64,000 bases of DNA from Actinomycetes bacterium (GCA_025463905.1 JAODBJ010000238.1:7629-71628), one strand, 5' to 3'; shown: positions 23,237-33,547, counted from the first letter of the stretch. A program made the numbers and translations. Notes: generated by a model not told the origin, from the sequence alone.

Positions 23237-24463
23237 CTAGAACGGGTTCTGGATGGGGTGACTGATGTCGAGGAAGAGGCTCGACAAGAAGATGAATCCG
23301 AGTACGCCGATGACCGCCACGGTGAGCGGAAGCAGTTTCGCGACGTCGACCTGCACCCGCTTGCCCTTCACGAGTGAGGCAAGTTGCTCGTAGGTCGCGA
23401 TCGCGATGTGGCCTCCATCGAACGGCAGCAGCGGCATGAGGTTGAAGATGCCGATGAAGACGTTGATCGAGATCAACAATCCGAACACCGAGATCCAACC
23501 GGCGACGACCGCATCGTGCGCGATCGTGCCCAAGCCGACCGGAGAGATGAAGCGGTTCGAGCTGTCGGACGGACTCGTGCTGGAACCGGACACGGTGTGC
23601 ACGTAAGAGGTGATGCCGTGCAGCGAGAAGATCTTCCCGAGCGCACCGATCGACTCTCTGCCGATGTTCCACACCTCGACCGGTGCCTTCCCGGCCGCGG
23701 CGATCGGCGAGTAATGCACGTGGTGCGTGGTCGGCAGGAAACCGGCGTAACCGCGGTGCGCGCCGAGGTCGGTCTGGCTTGCGAGCTTGACCTTGATCGT
23801 GCGGAAGAGACCGTGGCGCTCGACCACGAACGACACGGTTTGGCCGCCCTTCGGCGCGATCACATTCCTGACGTCGGTCCAGCTGCGGACCCGGTGCCCG
23901 TCGATCGACTGGATGCGGTCGCCCTTTTCGAGGCCTGCGATCGCGGCGGGCTGCCCCTTCACGACCTCGGCGAGCGTGGTGGTCGGCTGGATGAGGCTGC
24001 CGAACGTCAGCACGATGAACATCAGGACGAGCGCGATCGCAAAGTGCGTCAGCGACCCGGCCGACGCGACGAGCACTCGCGCGCCGTACGACTTCGATCG
24101 GTACGTGCGAGGTTCGTCCTCCGGTGCGACATCCTCGAGGTTCGTCATCCCGACGATCTTGCAGTAGCCGCCGAGCGGCAACGCCTTGATGCCGTACTCG
24201 GTCTCGCCTTTCGTGAACGACCAGATGCGCGGGCCGAACCCGACGAAGAACTCGGTGACCTTCATGCCCGTGCGCTTCGCGGTGACGAAGTGCCCGAACT
24301 CGTGGAGCATGATCATCACGAAGAACGCGAGGATCACCGCGATGGTGCCGAGCACGCTCGGGTTCAAGGTGATCAACGCGAAGACGACGAGCGCCGCGGC
24401 GACGACCGTAACGACGGCACGCCGGGGTTCGATCTTCGTGTCGACTGCGAGCGGGTCTCTCAC
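23237..24463 (-). CDS. rip1: Site-2 (M50) intramembrane zinc metalloprotease with PDZ domain
   Basis: ORF 23237-24763. GTG 24463 gives a GTGA overlap with the dxr stop. Motifs: HEFGHFVTAK (HExxH), PLGGYCKIVGM, a PDZ-like GLEKGDRIQSIDG, and NLMPLLPFDGGH. The dxr-rip-ispG synteny matches mycobacteria. Confidence 0.9.
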   Translation of the reverse strand: MRDPLAVDTKIEPRRAVVTVVAAALVVFALITLNPSVLGTIAVILAFFVMIMLHEFGHFVTAKRTGMKVTEFFVGFGPRIWSFTKGETEYGIKALPLGGYCKIVGMTNLEDVAPEDEPRTYRSKSYGARVLVASAGSLTHFAIALVLMFIVLTFGSLIQPTTTLAEVVKGQPAAIAGLEKGDRIQSIDGHRVRSWTDVRNVIAPKGGQTVSFVVERHGLFRTIKVKLASQTDLGAHRGYAGFLPTTHHVHYSPIAAAGKAPVEVWNIGRESIGALGKIFSLHGITSYVHTVSGSSTSPSDSSNRFISPVGLGTIAHDAVVAGWISVFGLLISINVFIGIFNLMPLLPFDGGHIAIATYEQLASLVKGKRVQVDVAKLLPLTVAVIGVLGFIFLSSLFLDISHPIQNPF

Positions 24464-25575
24464 GCGGTGGCCCTCCGTTCCACGACCGCGACGGCGCGTT
24501 CGCGCGCGACTCGGTCTGCTTCGAGAACGTCGGCGATGTCGTCGGCGTTCCCGCTGCCTCCTTGCAGCGTTTCTTCGACGACGTCCGCGATCGCCGTCCA
24601 GGCCAGCCGTCGCGCGAGGAACGCGTCGACAGCCACCTCGTTCGCTCCGCTCAACACCGCGGGTGCGGTACCCCCGGCGCGTCCCGCGTCGTACGCGAGC
24701 CGCAAGCAACGAAAAGTGTCGAGATCGGGCGGCTCGAACGTGAGCGTCCCGACCTTGGTCCACTCGACCGGCCCGTAGGCCTCAGCGAGCCGTTCGGGCG
24801 CGCCGAGCGCGAGGCCAATCGGTAGCCGCATATCCGGGACCGACAGCTGCGCGATCGTCGCGCCGTCACTGAACTCGACCATGCCGTGCACCACGGACTG
24901 TGGATGTACCACGACCTCGATCCGGTCGAACCCGACGCCGAACAGTTCGTGGGCCTCGATGACTTCGAGGCCTTTGTTCATCAGGGTGGAGGAATCGATC
25001 GTGATCTTGGCGCCCATCGTCCAGGTGGGATGGGCGAGCGCGTCTTCGACGCCGACGCTCGCGAGGTCGGCGAGGGTGCGGCCTCGGAACGGGCCGCCGC
25101 TCGCGGTGAGCACGATCTTGTGTACCTCGCTCGCCCGGCCGGCCCGAAGGCACTGCCAGACCGCGGAGTGCTCGCTGTCGACGGGGACGATTTCGCCACC
25201 GCCGGCGGCGCGTGCCTTCGCCACCACCGGTCCACCGGCGATGAGGCTTTCCTTGTTCGCGAGCGCAAGGCGCTTGCCGTGCTCCAGCGCGGCGAGCGTC
25301 GCGGGCAGACCTGCGAACCCGACCACCGCGTTGAGCACCACATCCGCCTCGGGCATCGCGGCAAACGCGGCGAGCACGCCGGCGTCGTCGACGCAGGTGC
25401 GGGCGAACTCGGCCGGCACGTCGAATGCGCGGCGTTGCTCCTCGAGCAGGTCGGCGTTCCGGCCGGCCGCGAGCGCCACGACCTGGTATTCGTCGCGATG
25501 ACGGGAGATCACGTCGAGGGCTTGGGTGCCGATCGATCCCGTGGAGCCGAGAATCACCACCCCACGCCGTTTCAT
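24460..25575 (-). CDS. dxr: 1-deoxy-D-xylulose-5-phosphate reductoisomerase
   Basis: MKRRGVVILGSTGSIGTQALDV, LANKESLI, PVDSEHSA and LTASGGPFR. Confidence 0.95.
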   Translation of the reverse strand: MKRRGVVILGSTGSIGTQALDVISRHRDEYQVVALAAGRNADLLEEQRRAFDVPAEFARTCVDDAGVLAAFAAMPEADVVLNAVVGFAGLPATLAALEHGKRLALANKESLIAGGPVVAKARAAGGGEIVPVDSEHSAVWQCLRAGRASEVHKIVLTASGGPFRGRTLADLASVGVEDALAHPTWTMGAKITIDSSTLMNKGLEVIEAHELFGVGFDRIEVVVHPQSVVHGMVEFSDGATIAQLSVPDMRLPIGLALGAPERLAEAYGPVEWTKVGTLTFEPPDLDTFRCLRLAYDAGRAGGTAPAVLSGANEVAVDAFLARRLAWTAIADVVEETLQGGSGNADDIADVLEADRVARERAVAVVERRATA

Positions 25576-25637
25576 CGACCCAGCCTACGTGGGTACCTGC
25601 CGGGGACGCCCTTCGGCCTCGCCTCTGCGGCGGATCG

Positions 25638-27197
25638 TCACACGATCTTGAAATGTAGGGCGAGGTAGTAGGTGATCGGCAGGCAGAACAGCAACGCGTC
25701 GAACCGGTCGAGCACCCCACCGTGACCGGGGAGCACGCTGCCGAAATCCTTTATGCCGAGATCGCGCTTGAGCATCGACTCCGACAGGTCGCCGAGCAAC
25801 GCGCCGAGCGCGACGAGCGCGCCGAGCGCGAGACCGCGACTGTGCGTCCACGGGTGGATCAAGCCCACGATCGCCCAGCCGGCTACGAGCGATGCAAGCA
25901 TCCCGCCGATCGTTCCCTGCACCGATTTGTGAGGCGAGATTCGCGGCGCGATCGGCGTTTTCCCAAACTGCGAACCGACGAAGAACCCGACCGCGTCGGA
26001 GGCGATCACGCAGATCGCGACGCCGAGCAGCAGCCCCACCCCATTCGGATCGGGTTGCAGTAACAGGCCGGCGAACGCGCCGAGACCGCCCACGTACCCG
26101 AAGGCGAGCATGGTGGTCGCGATCCCAAGAGTCGGCCGTCCCGGCGTGACCTCGAGGAGGAACCACAGGAACGAGAACACCACCACGAGGCCGAACACCA
26201 CGGGGTAGGCGCCGACACCGAAGTTGCGCGCCGCGAGCACCAGGCCGCCGGCGCCCAGGGTTGCGAGCAGCGTCGCGGGCCGAAAGCCCCGCTCTTGCAA
26301 GCCGTGGCAGAACTCGAGCGTGCACGCGGCAACCACCACCGCGGCCAACACGGACGTGGCGGCGGTTCCCAGCTTGAAGCACAGCAAGGCCAACGCGGCG
26401 AGAATCGCGGCGGTGGCAAGTGCCGTCGGCAGGTCGCGCCCGGCACTGCTCGACGATTGCGCCGGCTCGGACGCGTAGTTGGCCGGGGGCCGCCGAGGAG
26501 TTCCGGGCGACGGGGATTTGGACGGCACCGCCGCGGCGTTCGCGCCTCGCCGGGCGCGCACCGACGGGCGCCGGGGCCTGCGCTGCGCCAGCGCTTCCGC
26601 GAAGTCGGCTTCGTCGTCGGGCGGCGCGTCGGCCATTGCGCCGATGCGGACGGAGTCGTCGGTGAGGTCGCCCTCGCCGAAGTCGGCCTTTTCCCAGTCG
26701 GCGTTGTCGGCCCGGAACCGCGGTTGACTTCCGCTCAGGCTCGCCCACGCGTCGAGGTCGGGATCGGCGCTCGGCGCTTCGTCGTCGGCGAAGATCGCCG
26801 GCACTGCGCCCGTCGCTGGTTCGGTCCAGTGCGGCAAGGCCGGTACCTCTCCCGTCGGCGTTTCGGGCGCGTCCGCTTCGACGTCCGCCGCCGACCACGA
26901 CGGCCCGTCGTCGGGGAAGCGCACCGGGCGCGGTGACACCTCACCGAGATGCACGCCCGCCGGCGGCGGATCCCTCCGTGTGGGCGCCGCCGGGGGCGGC
27001 TCCGCACGAGGCGCTTCGTCTCGCCTCGTTGCCGGCTCCACCTGCTTGTCGCCGTTCTCAGCCGGCGTTTCGGGGTCGGGTTCGCCCGTCGGGCGGGCCG
27101 CGCCCGACTCCACCGCCGCCTGTGCTTCCTCGGCGCCGAGGATCCGAACACCTTCGGTCGGGCTCGGCTTGGGCCCGTCGTCGAAATGATCGCTCAC
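25638..27197 (-). CDS. cdsA: Phosphatidate cytidylyltransferase with ~240-aa disordered N-terminal extension
   Basis: The C-terminal ~270 aa is multi-TM with the CdsA signature SDAVGFFVGSQFGKTPIAPRISPHKSVQGTIGG...SMLKRDLGIKDFGSVLPGHGGVLDRFD. GTG 27197 is preceded by GAAAGGGAA. The N-terminal region is Pro/Asp/Glu/Ala-rich. Confidence 0.85.
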   Translation of the reverse strand: MSDHFDDGPKPSPTEGVRILGAEEAQAAVESGAARPTGEPDPETPAENGDKQVEPATRRDEAPRAEPPPAAPTRRDPPPAGVHLGEVSPRPVRFPDDGPSWSAADVEADAPETPTGEVPALPHWTEPATGAVPAIFADDEAPSADPDLDAWASLSGSQPRFRADNADWEKADFGEGDLTDDSVRIGAMADAPPDDEADFAEALAQRRPRRPSVRARRGANAAAVPSKSPSPGTPRRPPANYASEPAQSSSSAGRDLPTALATAAILAALALLCFKLGTAATSVLAAVVVAACTLEFCHGLQERGFRPATLLATLGAGGLVLAARNFGVGAYPVVFGLVVVFSFLWFLLEVTPGRPTLGIATTMLAFGYVGGLGAFAGLLLQPDPNGVGLLLGVAICVIASDAVGFFVGSQFGKTPIAPRISPHKSVQGTIGGMLASLVAGWAIVGLIHPWTHSRGLALGALVALGALLGDLSESMLKRDLGIKDFGSVLPGHGGVLDRFDALLFCLPITYYLALHFKIV

Positions 27198-27329
27198 GCG
27201 TTCCCTTTCGCCGGCGTTCCAGGCTAGACCTCGCCTCGGCCCACCGTCCGTAATGCTCGGTGCCCCGCCCGCCGGCATCCCGCCGCAGGTGGCCGAGGTC
27301 CGCCCCTCGGGACCGGCTCTGCCTGTTGA

Positions 27330-27884
27330 CTACTCCTCGAGAAGTTCTTTTTCCTTGTGCGCCAGCATGTTGTCGATGTCGGCGATCGTGTCGTGCGTGA
27401 GCTTCTCGAGTTCCTTCTCGATCCGGTCGAGCTCGTCGCGTGACAGCTCGCCGGCCTGTTCTTCAGTTTCTAGTTCGTGGCGTGAATGGCGGCGCAGGTT
27501 TCGCACCGCGACCCGGCCCTCTTCGGCCCGGCTCTTCACGACCTTCACCAGTTCCTTGCGCCGTTCCTGGGTGAGCTCGGGGAACGTCAGCCGCACGATC
27601 TGGCCGTCGTTGCTGGGGTTCACCCCGAGGTCACTCAGCTGGATCGCACGCTCGATCGCCTTCAACGCGCCCTTGTCGTAGGGACTGATCACGAGCACCC
27701 GCGCTTCGGGCACCGAGAACCCGGCCAGCTGCTGGAGCGGAACTTCCGTGCCGTAGTAGTCGACCCGGAGTTTGTCGACCAGCGCGGGCGTGGCGCGGCC
27801 CGTGCGGATGGACGAGAACTCTTCCTTCAGGTGGCTGACAGCTTTGACCATGCGCTCGTGTGCCTCTTCGAGCTTTGGATGCAT
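27330..27884 (-). CDS. frr: Ribosome recycling factor
   Basis: Full-length match to the RRF pattern (EEFSSIRTGRATPALVDKLRVDYYG...NLRRHSR). Confidence 0.95.
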   Translation of the reverse strand: MHPKLEEAHERMVKAVSHLKEEFSSIRTGRATPALVDKLRVDYYGTEVPLQQLAGFSVPEARVLVISPYDKGALKAIERAIQLSDLGVNPSNDGQIVRLTFPELTQERRKELVKVVKSRAEEGRVAVRNLRRHSRHELETEEQAGELSRDELDRIEKELEKLTHDTIADIDNMLAHKEKELLEE

Positions 27885-28625
27885 CTACCCAGCCTCTCTC
27901 GAGCTGACCAACGTCCCGATGGGCTCGCCCACCAGCGCGCGGTGGATGTTGCCCGGCTCCATCACGTCAAAGACGATGATCGGGAGAGCGTTGTCCATGC
28001 AAAACGTGATCGCGGTGGAGTCCATCACCTTCAGCCCGCGATTGAGCACTTCGAAGTGACTCACCTCGAGCAGTTTCACCGCGGTCGGGTCGAGGCGCGG
28101 GTCGGCGCTGTACACGCCGTCGACACCCGAGTGGGTGCCCTTCAGCACCGCCTCGGCCCCGATCTCGGCGGCTCGGAGCGCCGCGGTCGTGTCGGTCGTG
28201 AAGTAGGGGTTGCCGGTGCCGGCGGCGAAGATCACCAACCGGCCCTTTTCGAGATGACGGATCGCGCGCAGCGGGATGTACGGCTCGGCAACTTGGGCCA
28301 TCGAGATCGCGGTCTGCACGCGGGTCTGCTGGCCGAGCGCCTCGATCGCGTCCTGCAACGCGAGCGCGTTGATCACCGTCGCCAGCATCCCCATGTAGTC
28401 GGCGCGGGCGCGGTCCATGCCTCGCGTCGCACCGTGCATCCCACGGAAGATGTTTCCGCCGCCGACGACCACCGCGATCTCGACACCGAGCTCGTTGTGT
28501 GCCTTGGTCACCTCTTCGGCGATGCGTTGCACCACGGCGGAGTCGATGCCGTAGCCGATCGTGCGATCGGCGAAGGCCTCACCGGACAGCTTCAGGACGA
28601 CCCGCCGGAACCTGCTCGTGGTCAT
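27885..28625 (-). CDS. pyrH: UMP kinase
   Basis: ATG 28625 after AGGGAG. Motifs: [23 protein letters not shown], and [17 protein letters not shown]. Confidence 0.95.
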   Translation of the reverse strand: MTTSRFRRVVLKLSGEAFADRTIGYGIDSAVVQRIAEEVTKAHNELGVEIAVVVGGGNIFRGMHGATRGMDRARADYMGMLATVINALALQDAIEALGQQTRVQTAISMAQVAEPYIPLRAIRHLEKGRLVIFAAGTGNPYFTTDTTAALRAAEIGAEAVLKGTHSGVDGVYSADPRLDPTAVKLLEVSHFEVLNRGLKVMDSTAITFCMDNALPIIVFDVMEPGNIHRALVGEPIGTLVSSREAG

Positions 28626-28656
28626 CGGCTCCCTATCTGTAATGGTGACGGACCAG

Positions 28657-29502
28657 TCACTCCTCGCCGATCTTGATGCGCGCAAACCGTCGGACGGTTG
28701 CAGCCTCGCCCAGGCTCGCAACATGCGCGCCGATGGTCGTCTTCGGGTCCTTCACGAACGGTTGCTCGAGAAGGACGACCGACTTGTAGAAGCCGTTGAG
28801 CTTGCCCTCGACGACTTTCGCGAGCGCTTGTTCGGGTTTGCCCTCTTCCCGCGCCTGCGCCTCGAACACTGCACGCTCGCGGTCGATCTCGGTGCTCGGC
28901 ACATCCTCGCGGCGCGTGTAGCGCGGCGCGGAGTTCGCGATGTGCAGCGCGACGTCGTGCGCGACCTCGCGGACCTTGGGGTCCGCGGCGTCGACGCCGC
29001 CGATCTCGACGAGCACACCAATCACGCCGCGTTCGCTCTGCACGTGCTTGTAGCCATCGAGCGCGCCGTCGGGAGTTTCGAAACGCACAACGCGACCGAG
29101 CTGGATCTTCTCGCCCAGCGTGCCCGACATGCCTTTGATCGTGTCGTCGACCGTGGAGCCGTCGAACGATTGGTTCCCGAGATCGGCGTCGGCGTTCTCG
29201 ACCACGTGGCGCGCCAGCTTCAGGACCGCCTGCTTGAACGCGTCGCTCTTCGCAACGAAGTCGGTCTCGCAGTTCAGTTCCACGATCGCGCCGACGTTGC
29301 CCTCGACGACCACGTCGACGGCGCCCTGGTTCGCATCGCGCGACGAACGTTTGTCGGCGCCCGCGATGCCCTTTTCACGCAGCCAGAGCTTGGCGGCTTC
29401 CATGTCGCCGCTCGTCTCTTGGAGCGCTTTCTTGCAATCCATCATCCCCGCGCCCGTTACCTTGCGGAGCGCGGCGACATCCTTCGCCGCAATGTCAGCC
29501 AT
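28657..29502 (-). CDS. tsf: Translation elongation factor Ts
   Basis: ATG 29502 after GAAGGTGA. Motifs: [19 protein letters not shown] and LREKG. Confidence 0.95.
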   Translation of the reverse strand: MADIAAKDVAALRKVTGAGMMDCKKALQETSGDMEAAKLWLREKGIAGADKRSSRDANQGAVDVVVEGNVGAIVELNCETDFVAKSDAFKQAVLKLARHVVENADADLGNQSFDGSTVDDTIKGMSGTLGEKIQLGRVVRFETPDGALDGYKHVQSERGVIGVLVEIGGVDAADPKVREVAHDVALHIANSAPRYTRREDVPSTEIDRERAVFEAQAREEGKPEQALAKVVEGKLNGFYKSVVLLEQPFVKDPKTTIGAHVASLGEAATVRRFARIKIGEE

Positions 29503-30484
29503 TCGTTTCACCTTCAGTTACTTGAACCGGCGCGACCTCCTCGACCGGCGCGGGCGCAGCAGCCGGTGCGGGAGCGGCACCGTCGCCGTCGGGAGGCGCT
29601 TCGGTGGCCGATGCCTCCGCGGGCTCAGCGGCCTTCGCCTGCCGGGCGCGCTCGTCGATCTCGCGCTGCTTCGCCGCTGCCTCGTTACGAGCCTGCGCCT
29701 GCCGTTCCTGGAACTCGCGTTCCTGCTCGGTGCTGCGGGCCGGACGGGCCGCCGCGGCCGGCTCTTCGGTACGGGCTCCGGCACGAGCACCGCGCCGAGC
29801 CGCCATCTGCTTGCCTTCCACAACCGCGTCGGCGATCACCCGGCTCATCAGCTGCGCCGAACGAATCGCGTCGTCGTTACCCGGGATCACGTAGTCGACG
29901 AGATCGGGATCGCAGTTCGTGTCGACGACCGCGACGACCGGGATGTGCAGCCGCTTCGCCTCGGTGACGGCGATGTGCTCCTTCTTGGTGTCGATCACGA
30001 ACAGCGCGCTCGGGAGTTTCTCGACGTTTTTGATACCGCCGAGGTTCCGCTCGAGCTTGGCGAGGTCGCGCTTGACCTTCAGACCTTCCTTTTTGATCAT
30101 CTGGTCGACTTCACCCGAGTCGACGATGCGCTGCAGTTCGCGCAACTTCGCGACGCGTGAGTGCACCGTCTGGAAGTTGGTGAGCATGCCGCCGAGCCAG
30201 CGGAAGTTCACGTAGGGCTGCCCCGAACGTGACGCCTCGCGCTGGATGGGTTCCTGCGCCTGCTTCTTCGTGCCGACGAACAACACACTGCCGCCCTCAG
30301 CGACGGTTTCGCGCACGAACCGGTACGCCTTGTCGATGCCGCTGAGGGTCTGGTGCAGGTCGACGATGTAGATGCCATTGCGCTCACCGAAGATGAAACG
30401 CCGCATCTTCGGGTTCCAGCGCCTGGTCTGATGACCGAAGTGAACTCCGGCCTCCAATAGTTGCTTCATGGTCACGACGGCCAC
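29495..30484 (-). CDS. rpsB: 30S ribosomal protein S2 with Ala/Glu/Pro-rich C-terminal tail
   Basis: GTG 30484 lies 7 nt after AAGGGAGG. Motifs: [22 protein letters not shown] and VVDTNCDPD. The stop overlaps the tsf ATG by 8 nt. Confidence 0.95.
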   Translation of the reverse strand: MAVVTMKQLLEAGVHFGHQTRRWNPKMRRFIFGERNGIYIVDLHQTLSGIDKAYRFVRETVAEGGSVLFVGTKKQAQEPIQREASRSGQPYVNFRWLGGMLTNFQTVHSRVAKLRELQRIVDSGEVDQMIKKEGLKVKRDLAKLERNLGGIKNVEKLPSALFVIDTKKEHIAVTEAKRLHIPVVAVVDTNCDPDLVDYVIPGNDDAIRSAQLMSRVIADAVVEGKQMAARRGARAGARTEEPAAAARPARSTEQEREFQERQAQARNEAAAKQREIDERARQAKAAEPAEASATEAPPDGDGAAPAPAAAPAPVEEVAPVQVTEGETNG

Positions 30485-30668
30485 GGCCGTGCCTCCCTTG
30501 GTTCCGTCTTCCGCCCGCGCGAGCGCCGCAGAAAAGAATCTCCGCGGAGCCACCTCGGGGTTACGGGCGTGCTCAATGCCGGGTCAGAGCCCGGGTTCGG
30601 GATGGCATTGTAGCGATCGGCCCCAAGGCCCGGCCCATGCCCAATGCCGGTTTCGCGTGGTTGCGCGG

Positions 30669-31811
30669 TCACGGAGCGGGCCATGCCTCCACGCGATTCG
30701 GGGTGGCGAGGCGGCGCGCCACGACCAGGCGGCCGGCGTCGAGTGCGAACGCCACCGGGATGCCGTCGCCTCCGGCCGCGGCGAGAGGCAGGGCCCGTCC
30801 GTCGGCCAGAGCCAGCGCGTTGAGGCTGCCTCCCCACGTCGCCACCACCACAGCATCAGCGCTGATGAGCGGCCTCGAGTCGAGTACCGGACGCGCCAGC
30901 GGGCGCTCCCAGCGCACCTCGCCGGTGCGCAGATTCACCGCTATGACCGTGCCGCGGCGGTCGATGACCACGGCGAGGTCGTTGGCCACAACCGGGACGC
31001 TCGCGGGGTCGAAGGCGGCGTCGGTGCGGATCGCGTGCGCGACCACTCGCGCGTCGAGATCGATGACGAGCAGTTCGTGGGTGTCGCCGGTACCGAGGAC
31101 GAGTTGGTGAGGGAGACCCGTGGCGACCGCGGACGGCGGGTCGGTGGCACCGAGGTCGAAGCCGCCGACATCACGGCCGGTGCGCCCGTCGTGCAACTCG
31201 AGCAACCAGCCCCGGTGCAGGGCAAACACCACGCTTGCGACGGTGCTCGTACCGGGGTCGTAGGCAATGGCGCCCCGCGACGAGAACGTGCCGAGGAGCT
31301 GGATGCGCCATTGCGGTACGCCGGCCGGCGAGAACGCGAGCAACTCTCCCCGCTGCGTCACCATGAACACGTGCGCCGGGCTGACGGTCACGGGGCCCGG
31401 CGTACCCGCGACACGGACGTGCCAGCGGCGGGCACCGGTGGCCCGGTCGAGCGCGACGAAGTCGGCCTTGCCACCGGCGCGCGCGGTGCTCACGACGGCG
31501 AGCCCGGCACCGAGCGCCGGGTATTCGATGCTGAGGTCGGCGATCGCGGTGCGCCACTGCTCGTGCCCGTCGTGGTCGAGCGCGATCACCTCGCGGTCAC
31601 CGCCGAGCAACACCGTGCCGGCAGCGTCGGCCGTGATCGCGCCCGGTGCCGTCGCGGGATGCGCCTCCCACAGCGGACCGACCGGCGCGCTGCGACTCGT
31701 CGCGCGTGTTTCACGACGATGCGGCGCAGCACCGGCGGCGTGGGGCGTGCTGCACCCGGCGAAGAGCAGGCTCGCGAACGTCGCCGCGAGCACTGTTGCA
31801 TTCCATTGCAT
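30669..31811 (-). CDS. Lipoprotein with PQQ-like (BamB-type) beta-propeller repeats
   Basis: ATG 31811 after GGAGG. Signal peptide with lipobox LLFAGCS. Repeated motifs (W..., G.L.A.D..TG...W) are characteristic of PQQ-like propeller blades. Confidence 0.7.
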   Translation of the reverse strand: MQWNATVLAATFASLLFAGCSTPHAAGAAPHRRETRATSRSAPVGPLWEAHPATAPGAITADAAGTVLLGGDREVIALDHDGHEQWRTAIADLSIEYPALGAGLAVVSTARAGGKADFVALDRATGARRWHVRVAGTPGPVTVSPAHVFMVTQRGELLAFSPAGVPQWRIQLLGTFSSRGAIAYDPGTSTVASVVFALHRGWLLELHDGRTGRDVGGFDLGATDPPSAVATGLPHQLVLGTGDTHELLVIDLDARVVAHAIRTDAAFDPASVPVVANDLAVVIDRRGTVIAVNLRTGEVRWERPLARPVLDSRPLISADAVVVATWGGSLNALALADGRALPLAAAGGDGIPVAFALDAGRLVVARRLATPNRVEAWPAP

Positions 31812-31828
31812 GACCAACCTCCATGTAG

Positions 31829-33463
31829 TCACTGGGACCCTTTTTCCAGGGCTTCGCCCACTGGCCCGAGGTGCTCGATGCGCGAGATGGCGGTGGGCGC
31901 GACGGCGGCAGTGAACGCTTCGCCGAACGACTCGCACGGCATCGCGCGGTGCTCGAGCGCGGCGCGGATGGCGCGCAATGCGTGCGGGTCTTGAAGTAAC
32001 GCGGTGTGCGGCGATGGCGCGTGCGGGTTCACGTCGACGGCCTGCGATCCGGGGAGATGCGCACTCGATGCGGGCACGATGAAGTCGGCGGCGGCGGCGA
32101 TCGTCGTCAGTTCGATCTGGCCGGGCAGACGAGCGGAGTCGATTGCGTCGACGATGTTCGACCGTTCGGCGAGGTCGCGGATCGATTGGCCGTTGTGCAG
32201 TGCGACCGCGATCAGGTGGCGACCACTCGCGGTCCGCATGAGCAGTACGGCGAGCGACGCAAGGGGATCGCCGCGTAATGGCGACGCGAGCGTGATGACC
32301 GTGTTGAGCGGAGGCAGTGTGTGGTCGCCGGGGTCGTAGAAGAAGAGCAAGAACGTGAGGGTGACCACTCCGCCTTGTGAGTGCGCGATGAGGTCGACCG
32401 CGCGGCCCGGTGCCGCGCGCTGCATCGCGCGCAGCTGGTCACGCAGTTGCATCGCGGCCGTTTCCAGCGACTCATGGGTGTCGTCGGGGCCGTACGCACC
32501 GCCGCGGTCGCGATACGAGAAGTAGTTGACGTCGGCGGGGCGATAGCCGAGCCGCTCGACGGGGAAGGCCAGCGACGGGCCGTCCGCACTCCGTTTGCTG
32601 TTGATGCCGGCGACGATCATCGTGCTGTGGCCCGAGCCTCCGGTGCCGTCGGCGGCGGGTGCGTGGTGATCGCAGGTGCGCAGCGATTTCCACCAGTTGA
32701 CGAGGGAACGGGCCGTGCGTGACGTGTCGGCCAGCAGCGTGGCCGGCGAGTTGGCGTCGAGGAGGAGTGCGATCGCGGCGACGTCGCCGAGGGCGATGAG
32801 ACGCATGAGTTCGGGGCGAAGCGAAAGTGGGAACTGCGCAACGAACGCACCTGCTCGCGCGACCTCTCGCGCCGCTGAACCGATCGCGTGCAAGGCGCCG
32901 TGCGCCAAGCCGGCGAGGAGCCCGCGACGTTCGTGGCTGGTCGTGTCGAGCACCGGATCGCGATGCGGTGCGAGGTGCACGATCTTCGAGAGATCGGGCG
33001 GCCGGAAGAGCACCAGCGGATCGACATAGGTATTGCCGACCCGCAGGCCGAAGTGCACGACGCGACCGTCGTGATTGGTTCCGCGCCCACCGGCCCGTCC
33101 GATCGGCTGGCCGATCGCCACCGTTTCGCCGCGGTGCACGAGCGCCGCGACCAGGAACGAGTACGACGTCCGCAGCCCGCCGTTGTGTGCGACCACGACG
33201 TGAACTGCGCCGCCGATCACACCCGCAAACGCAACGACACCCGGACCCGCTGCACGTACGACGGTGCCCGGCTCGGCGGCGTAGTCGACCCCGAGGTGGC
33301 CCGCGCCGTATGGACCGAGGGGCGGCTCGAATTGGCGTACGACTGCGCCGGTGACGGGCGGCTGCCACGCGCCGACAGGTAGCGCGCCGGCGTTAGGTGT
33401 GGTCGCGCCGGCGAGGAGGGCGCCGACCACGATCAGAAAACAACAGACCCGCCGGAAGCCCAC
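31829..33463 (-). CDS. Secreted M23 peptidase domain fused to an alpha/beta-hydrolase (lipase/PGAP1-like) domain
   Basis: Signal-like CCFLIVVGALLAGA. M23 motifs HLGVDYAA (HxxxD) and VVHFGLRV (HxH region). The C-terminal half has a nucleophile elbow DLIAHSQGGVV (GxSxG-type AHSQG). Start is GTG 33463 or 33469. Confidence 0.75.
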   Translation of the reverse strand: MGFRRVCCFLIVVGALLAGATTPNAGALPVGAWQPPVTGAVVRQFEPPLGPYGAGHLGVDYAAEPGTVVRAAGPGVVAFAGVIGGAVHVVVAHNGGLRTSYSFLVAALVHRGETVAIGQPIGRAGGRGTNHDGRVVHFGLRVGNTYVDPLVLFRPPDLSKIVHLAPHRDPVLDTTSHERRGLLAGLAHGALHAIGSAAREVARAGAFVAQFPLSLRPELMRLIALGDVAAIALLLDANSPATLLADTSRTARSLVNWWKSLRTCDHHAPAADGTGGSGHSTMIVAGINSKRSADGPSLAFPVERLGYRPADVNYFSYRDRGGAYGPDDTHESLETAAMQLRDQLRAMQRAAPGRAVDLIAHSQGGVVTLTFLLFFYDPGDHTLPPLNTVITLASPLRGDPLASLAVLLMRTASGRHLIAVALHNGQSIRDLAERSNIVDAIDSARLPGQIELTTIAAAADFIVPASSAHLPGSQAVDVNPHAPSPHTALLQDPHALRAIRAALEHRAMPCESFGEAFTAAVAPTAISRIEHLGPVGEALEKGSQ

Positions 33464-33547
33464 CGGCACTCCCCTGGACGCGAAGGAACGCGATCAGGGG
33501 AAGAAGGAAGGGAAGAGGCTCGACGGCGACGAAGAGAGGAAGACGAG

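Noticed and set aside
22020-24763. 5'-extended versions of ispG (to 23672) and rip1 (to 24763) as listed in the ORF track. The same pattern applies to 4286-6040, 6824-8293, 2554-3741, 14069-15319, 14989-16707, 16500-17609, 17387-17875, 25638-27278 and 40250-41185.
   Set aside because: The extensions overlap the preceding conserved gene by hundreds of bases and encode Arg/Pro-rich junk. Internal ATG/GTG codons that form 4-nt overlaps or follow SD-like sequences give N-termini matching the protein families.
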